Shown piece by piece: positions 57,760-64,000 of a DNA stretch of 64,000 nucleotides. Source of the DNA: Tubulanus polymorphus. Taxonomy: Eukaryota > Animalia > Nemertea. The stretch lies in the NCBI RefSeq assembly GCF_964204645.1, contig NC_134032.1, positions 10,280,275-10,344,274 on the forward strand, read 5' to 3'. The position numbers and the translations under genes are program-made. The first letter of the stretch is position 1; every line of letters begins with the position of its first letter. The notes under the pieces were generated by a model. The model was given only the letters and a program-made list of their open reading frames with translations. It made no database searches and had not been told where the DNA came from.

Positions 57760-60700
57760 TTAGGAACGACTGTTCAGTTTTTCTGGTCGAGGAATATTCC
57801 ACGATATACTGGTATCAGAGAGCATTACAGTCGTTTCTATATATGCTGAACACATATATTTCGGGAGTTTTTTGCAATACATGTATTCTCTGATGTTGAA
57901 ATTAATTATATCAAATTATTGATTTAAACTTTCATTATAAGTTATTGTATATTTCCACGCGTAAAGTTTAGACTAGACATAAAATTCACTTTTTACTGAC
58001 GCTGCTGGAGTCGGAGCCCGCCCCGCTCGGAGCAAATCGTCAGCGAGACCCTCGTGCTCTTTCTCGAGCGCGGCGCACAGAACGTCGAACGCGCGCGGTC
58101 CCTTTTTCGTCAGTAGTTTCAACAGTTTCGACATTTTAACGGCCGGCGTGTCGTCGCTGGATATTTCCCGGCGATCGGAACGCGACAGCATGCCCTGGTC
58201 GACCAGGAACGGTAACAAATTATCCATCTCAACGCTCGCCTCTAAATTCTCGCGATACACCTCGAGAATCTCGCGTTGCTTCCTGCTCATCTCTAAAATG
58301 AGAAAAAAATCAACGTAGAGAGATTACCGATCTTGGTTCAATGGAAATCGAGCATCCGCTACGTGGTGCCAGTGTCAGGTCAGTCTTCGCAAATCAGCGA
58401 TGCAGTTCGGTGGCTCAGTCGGGTAGAATCAGTAAAGGATGGTAGGAAGGATCCCCTATCCAGTGGCGTCAGATGATTACGCCGCTATCGTGAAGACGGC
58501 AGTGTCATTCTAAAGGCTTGATGTGCGTTTCAAAATATCAAGAGTTAAGTCGAAAAAACGATTCTAATTAACGTATTACCTGGATATATAAATAGCTACA
58601 TAATTCTACGAACAATTCTGTATTGTTAAAAGGGAATATTGTCAGTTGCGGTAGTCACAATGCTTCAGTTATCAATTTCACCGTCGATTGCGATAATATT
58701 GGAATTATATATATTCAATTGGTTTTTATTCATTTTAATCCAAAGAATCGTCGAAAGAATAACGTGGAAATTACTTCATTATCGTATTCTATTCTACATA
58801 CCTGCATGTTTTTCCAGCAGAACTCTGATGATGTGCCGGTCGGGTGGGCAGTAGTCGATGACCGTTTTCTCCTGGAAATCAGTCGCGGTCAGCGAGGCTC
58901 CGCTCTCTATCATCAACCGGATCGGTCTCAGGTTATCGAATTTAACCGCTAGCATTAACGGCGTCGTTCCGGTCTCGTCTGCAGCGTTGACATCAGCGCC
59001 CTCTTCCAGCAAAAGTTTGATCAAACCAAGCGAGTGATTTTCCTTTTCGAAACAATAATGCAACGCGTTGCGGCCGCGTGTATCGATCGCGTTTGCGTCA
59101 GCGCCATTTTTGATCAAAGCAGACGCCGTTTTCACGTTGCGCCGCCTGACGGCGATCAACAAAGGCGTGACGCCTGCGTCGTCACTTTGGTTAATTTCGG
59201 CGCCATTTTGTGCCAGGACCTCCACGGCCTCGTCGCGGTCGTGCTTCACTGCGTAAATCAGCGCCGTCTGGTGTTTAGCATCGCAATCGTTCACGCACTG
59301 ATTCCTACGGAATACGAACCGGACCAAATGTTCCAGTATATCGCAATCACATAGTTGTGCTGCGATCATCACGGCCGTACGACCGGAATTGTCCGGCGCA
59401 CATGCCGCTCCGTATGCTAATAGATATTTGACCATGACTAAATTGGAAGCTTGTACGGCATGCAAGATGGCGTCCATCCCGCGTTCGTCACGAACATGCA
59501 TATCGACATACAGGTCCTCGACTAGGAATTTCATAAGGTCTAAATCTTTTTTGTAACAAGCGACCATTAGTGAGGTTGTGCCTTTAACGTCCCGGTCACG
59601 TTCCGGATCGTAAAATTGGGCGATTTTCTGTAACACGTCCGCGTCGCCTAGCTCAACGCAGTGATGAAAGCAGTTGCGCCCTCCGGCGTCCGGGTGGTTC
59701 ACAACCTCACAAAAATCGACAGCAGTCGCCAAGATATTATTCAAAGTATCATGGTCCCGATTCAGGATACAATCGGCGAATGCATTCATCCCCGATTTAC
59801 TGACGACCAGGCGCACGCCGCTATGGAGTAGTAACTTAGTGACGTCACTATTACCCGATCGTCTGCCGTAGATAAGGGCATTTTCACCCGCTGAATTCAA
59901 ATCATTTTTATCGATTTTTAATGATCCCGATTTGTCGAGCACGTAGCCGAGTAGATCGATATCACCGGACTCAGCTGCTAGCATTAGTAGACTGACCCCG
60001 TCCTGATCTGTCGGCCCTTCCACCCCAGAATCCACTAGATATTCCACTATTTCGACGCTCCCACTTTCCACCGCGTAAAACAAGGCCGTTCGTTGTTTGT
60101 GGTCGCGGCCATTTTTATGATAATTATATGTATTTTCGTGTTCTATCAAATGTTTGATCAAATCCAAATGTTTCAATTCAGCCGCCTTCATCAGTACCGT
60201 CTGCGCTTTCTTGTCGCTGTCTACAACGCCTCCGCTGTCAACGATTCGCTGAAATATCTCCACGTTACCGCCGATCGAAGCGAAGAAGGCTGCATTACGG
60301 CCTTCTTGATCTTTACAATTAATATCCAATTCCAAATCGTCCTTGTGATCCAGTAAGAAATTCACCATCGTTAGTATAGCCTTACCGGCCGTTTCCATTA
60401 ACACATTACCACCCGTTACAGATTTGCACAGTGGGGCCCCCTTAGCTTTCAATCGCAAAAATAAATCGATATTTTCACCCTCTATACAGTAGTACAACAC
60501 GCTCCAACCGTTTTTATCGATTTGGCTCAAGTCAAGTCCGTACGAAGCCATATTGTCGCACAAGTGCCCGAGCACATCTTCGTCACCGTTAATGGCTGCC
60601 TGCATCAATAAATTCCGGCCGTCTTTCTCGGCTATTTTCGGTCGAATCCCGCATTTTATCAGGTATAAAACCAACTCCAAATTCCCTCTAGCAACAGCAA

Positions 60701-62567
60701 AAAACAGAGCATTCCAACCGTCCTGGTCGGTCGCGTGCACGTCTAGACCCAGACTGCCGGACTTCTCGTACAGGTGACGCACGAACTCTATATCACCCTT
60801 GGCGGCTGACTGTATGAACAGATTAACCCCTTGATCGCTAGTCACGACTTCAACGCCCTTTTGTACAAGACGGTCGAATATATCGACATTTCCGCCGGAA
60901 ATCGCGTAGAACAACGCATTGCGACCGTGTTTTTCGCATTTGTTCAAATCGACGCCGATTTTCGACGCGTTGTCGAGAAAATACTCCACCATGTGCGCGT
61001 GGCGCTTCAAACAGGCCTCCATTAATACGGTGCTGCCATCTAGCGCCGGTCGGACGGTTATACCTTGCTGAATCAAATACTGGAATACGTCGACGTGACC
61101 TCCCTCGCTAACGTAGAAGAGCACATTGCGACCTTTGCTGTCGAAATCGTTTTTCGACATTCCCAATTGTTTCTCGTTGGCGATGAAGTATTTGACCATT
61201 TCGAAATGGCCGTGATGAGCGGCTTCCATTAGCGCGTTCATACCGTGATAATCGGGCTCCATTTTCCCCCCGTTATCTAATAGATACTGCAACGTCGTCA
61301 AATTACCGGCCGGAATGCAGTAGAACAAGGCGTTTCGTCCGTTATCGTCGCGTTTCGACAAATCGGCGCCCAGCGAAACTAACATCCGAACGATTTGGAA
61401 ATTATTGGCATAACTGGCTATCATCATGCAAGTTATCTTTTTGAAATTGGCCAATTCGATGTTGGCTCCCTGTTGCACGAGGTATTGAGCCACGTTGGAG
61501 TGACCCTCGAAACACGCCTCGAACAAGGCCGTGTCGCCGATCGACGTGCGCTGATTGATGTCGACCCCGCGTTTCACCAAGGCTTGTACCATGCGCAACT
61601 TACCGGTCATGGCGGCCAGGCATAGCGGGGGCACGTCGCCGTATTCGGCCGGGTTGTTCGCCGTATCGAGAACGTCCGACACGTCGCCCAAAGCGATGTC
61701 GTAGCTGGCGAGAAAGTCGAGGATTTCTGTGTACCACTCGGCGGTCGCCATGATGATAGGAGTCGGCCGTCTGATGAACACTTCGCATCCGCTACTAGGC
61801 CTTCTTATCCTACAATCACAATCAGAGATCTTTATTGCATTACATATACCAAAACCCATACCTCGTTTATCCTTTCTACTGGGCTTAAAAGTTTACCCGG
61901 CCGGCCACCTATACCCTGCATGCACATCACTTGTTTTTCTAAGATCACGATCAAGCTAACAATAACAGCCGGGCAGTTATAGAAATAAACTGATTACAAT
62001 ATTTATTGCAGGTTACCAGAACTGACCCAGCCGATGAAAAGAAACAAGGTTTCATTTTAGCCGAAAATTTGATTTTGATAGTCCTTTCCAGAAAAATGGC
62101 TTCCCTAAATTCCCTTGAAGTCTGCAAGTGTCTGAATGATTCGATGATATCAGAGGGGGGGATTAATGGATGCAACCATTTTTAAAGGGTGGATTTAACG
62201 AAGCCATGGGGGGATTTACAGAAGCAGCTGCCCTATGCTCCGACATTGCAATTTAGGCGATTTTGTATCATCTGAAAGTAGAAATAGATACGAATGGAAC
62301 TTGACGTAACTGATATGAAAAGTTGAATAAATCCTACCTTAGTGTGCGAGGCGACCGACAAGCGAGAATCGACTTCACTTGACTTTCTGTAATACCGTCC
62401 AGTAGCAGTTGCAACTTCTGTAACTCCCCCCGGGCTATCGTTTCGAATATCTTATGCTTGCGTACTTCGATGTGATCGATGTTGTTGTTGGAGCCGAGTC
62501 CCTGCCAGGCCCAGGCCGTCTCGTGGCCCGCACTGAGCAACGTTTCCGTCAATTCAGACGACGCCAG
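57760..62567 (-). CDS. Long ankyrin-repeat protein (roughly 28 repeats) with a C-terminal CARD. Exons 62338-62646 (start uncertain), 58802-61809, 57990-58292, probable last exon 57760-57845
   Basis: Phase-2 junction CTAAG|GTAGG...ttgtag|G; a 3008-nt ankyrin exon; phase-1 junction into a CARD-like exon (MSRKQREILEVYRENL...LLPFLVDQGML...LLKLLTKKGPRAFDVLCAAL); phase-1 junction into a short terminal exon. Confidence 0.8.
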
Positions 62568-62972
62568 TTTGGCCGCTAGGTTTCGCCTCTGCGCTGGTCA
62601 GCTGGCGATATTCGTAGATAAATAACCAGTTTGTAAGCTAGAGTTTCTGTTATGAATTGAAAAAGAAAATTTCTTTCCTATAATTCTACCAAACAACGAG
62701 CCACGAACTCCCTAAAAGTGCCCTTCAAAATGTCAGTGAGTGTCAAAAGACTTGGGCCAAGATTTTTCGAAATTAGGATACAAGTACATATACCGATATC
62801 ATGTTTTTTTTAAACAAAAGCAATCAATTCTCAAATAATTTATTCAGGTATACCCGGGTACTTAAAGATCTGTCTTTTTTCAATAGGAAATTGTCCCTTT
62901 TCATGGTGAATATGCCCTTTTTGTAATAGAACTGCCCCTGAAAGAAAACCTCGATACGGGCCTGTTTCTCCT

Positions 62973-63003
62973 TACGTTTCGGGTGGAAGCCACCCATCAT
63001 CAG
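62973..63003 (-). ncRNA. Minimal hammerhead-ribozyme-like core (Penelope-type)
   Basis: The minus strand reads CTGATGA-T-GGGTGG-ctt-CCACCC-GAAAC-GTA: intact core, 6-bp stem II and palindromic ACGT stem III, but a weak stem I. Confidence 0.55.
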
Positions 63004-63105
63004 AGTCTATTTTGAAAACGACTTAGTGTTTTCTCGATTATGCTGAAGACTGGAAATAGTGTCAACTATCTAAAAAAAAAACGTCTGCAACGTCTTCACA
63101 CATAC

Positions 63106-63224
63106 CTTAAACTTTCTTCGAACGGGTTCTTTCCTATTTCCACCCCTTTCTTATCTGGCGCTCGGAACGCCTCGCAGATCTTCGCGTGCTGGTGACCGAG
63201 TTTACACTTATACGTCAATATCAT
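63106..63224 (-). other. Upstream exon of the ankyrin-CARD gene carrying an ATG-initiated ORF
   Basis: ATG at 63224 and phase-2 donor TTAAG|GTATGT, which fits the acceptor ataacag|A at 62646. Confidence 0.5.
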
Positions 63225-64000
63225 ACATACACACACGTTTATACGATATTTACGAGTATCTGATTCATCAACCTTCGACCGAAGTCTCAAAAGTCATTCG
63301 CGCAACGTAAATGTACGTAAGCGAAGCCGTAGTCATAGCCGGATAGAATGACATAGGTCGGACCGGTGTGTGTGTGTGATAAGTTTATTCACGAGAATAT
63401 ATTAGCCACTGATAAGAAAGTTTGCATACAATGTATCTGTTATGTGTCAGGTCGAACCGAAATGACTTAACGATTATGTAAGTTGTCATATAAGGAGCTC
63501 AGACCATTATTCCAAAATCTTTTTTATCCTGTAGTAGAATTTCGGGATATGAATTCAAATTTGAGCGCATTTTAACAATGGGTAGTCCTGCTTATGGCTG
63601 CTAGGCCAGCGTCTTAGCTACGCGTGGAAGGGTTTTCGCCCCACCTACCCAACCTAGTTTTTGGAACAAACCTTTAGAAAAGGGAAGTATGCCCGTATAG
63701 GTATGCCAGTACATCCGCGTCGAATATCGAAGGGAACTCTCGTGTTTGGTACCCTTAATACGGACAAAAAAGGTCCAGGTAAGCCCCTATTTCACCATCA
63801 ATCTGTCTTCCAGGACCAATGGATTTCATACATATAACCGAAATTCGTTATCCTATCCAAAATGCAGAATTATGGCAATATTTTTGGAAGGCCTCTTTAT
63901 CATTCTAGGTACTATTTTTGGGGTCTGGCCCTACGCATCTTGAAGCTACTAACCTAATTGTGGTCTGATACCATTCTAGTACCGGACGCATAGAACAACT

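Noticed and set aside
61810-61859. ORF-track start MGFGICNAIK for the ankyrin exon
   Set aside because: It lies upstream of a good acceptor (tgattgtag) whose phase matches the donor at 62338, so it is probably intronic.

Overview
Intron-rich, AT-rich animal genomic DNA, most likely a marine invertebrate (the taxon is inference only). Spliced gene models were rebuilt by hand from GT-AG junctions and reading-frame phase. From left to right: (1) a tandem cluster of three paralogous small Cys-rich secreted-protein genes on the minus strand, with the middle copy disabled; (2) a ~2,990-aa ankyrin-repeat gene on minus, with an 8-kb acidic terminal exon and several candidate alternative first exons; (3) UQCRB (minus) head-to-head with a PX-domain HS1BP3-like gene (plus); (4) CAP/Srv2 (minus), with candidate alternative lipid-modifiable N-termini and an intronic array of CTCF-like motifs; (5) a long ankyrin-CARD gene (minus) whose frame has no ATG ahead of its first repeats, but has an in-frame TGA and a strong-context CTG. 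Intergenic and intronic DNA holds many MITEs, tRNA-derived SINE-like elements, minisatellites, long palindromes and two minimal hammerhead-ribozyme-like cores. No database searches were run; gene names come from recognised motifs.
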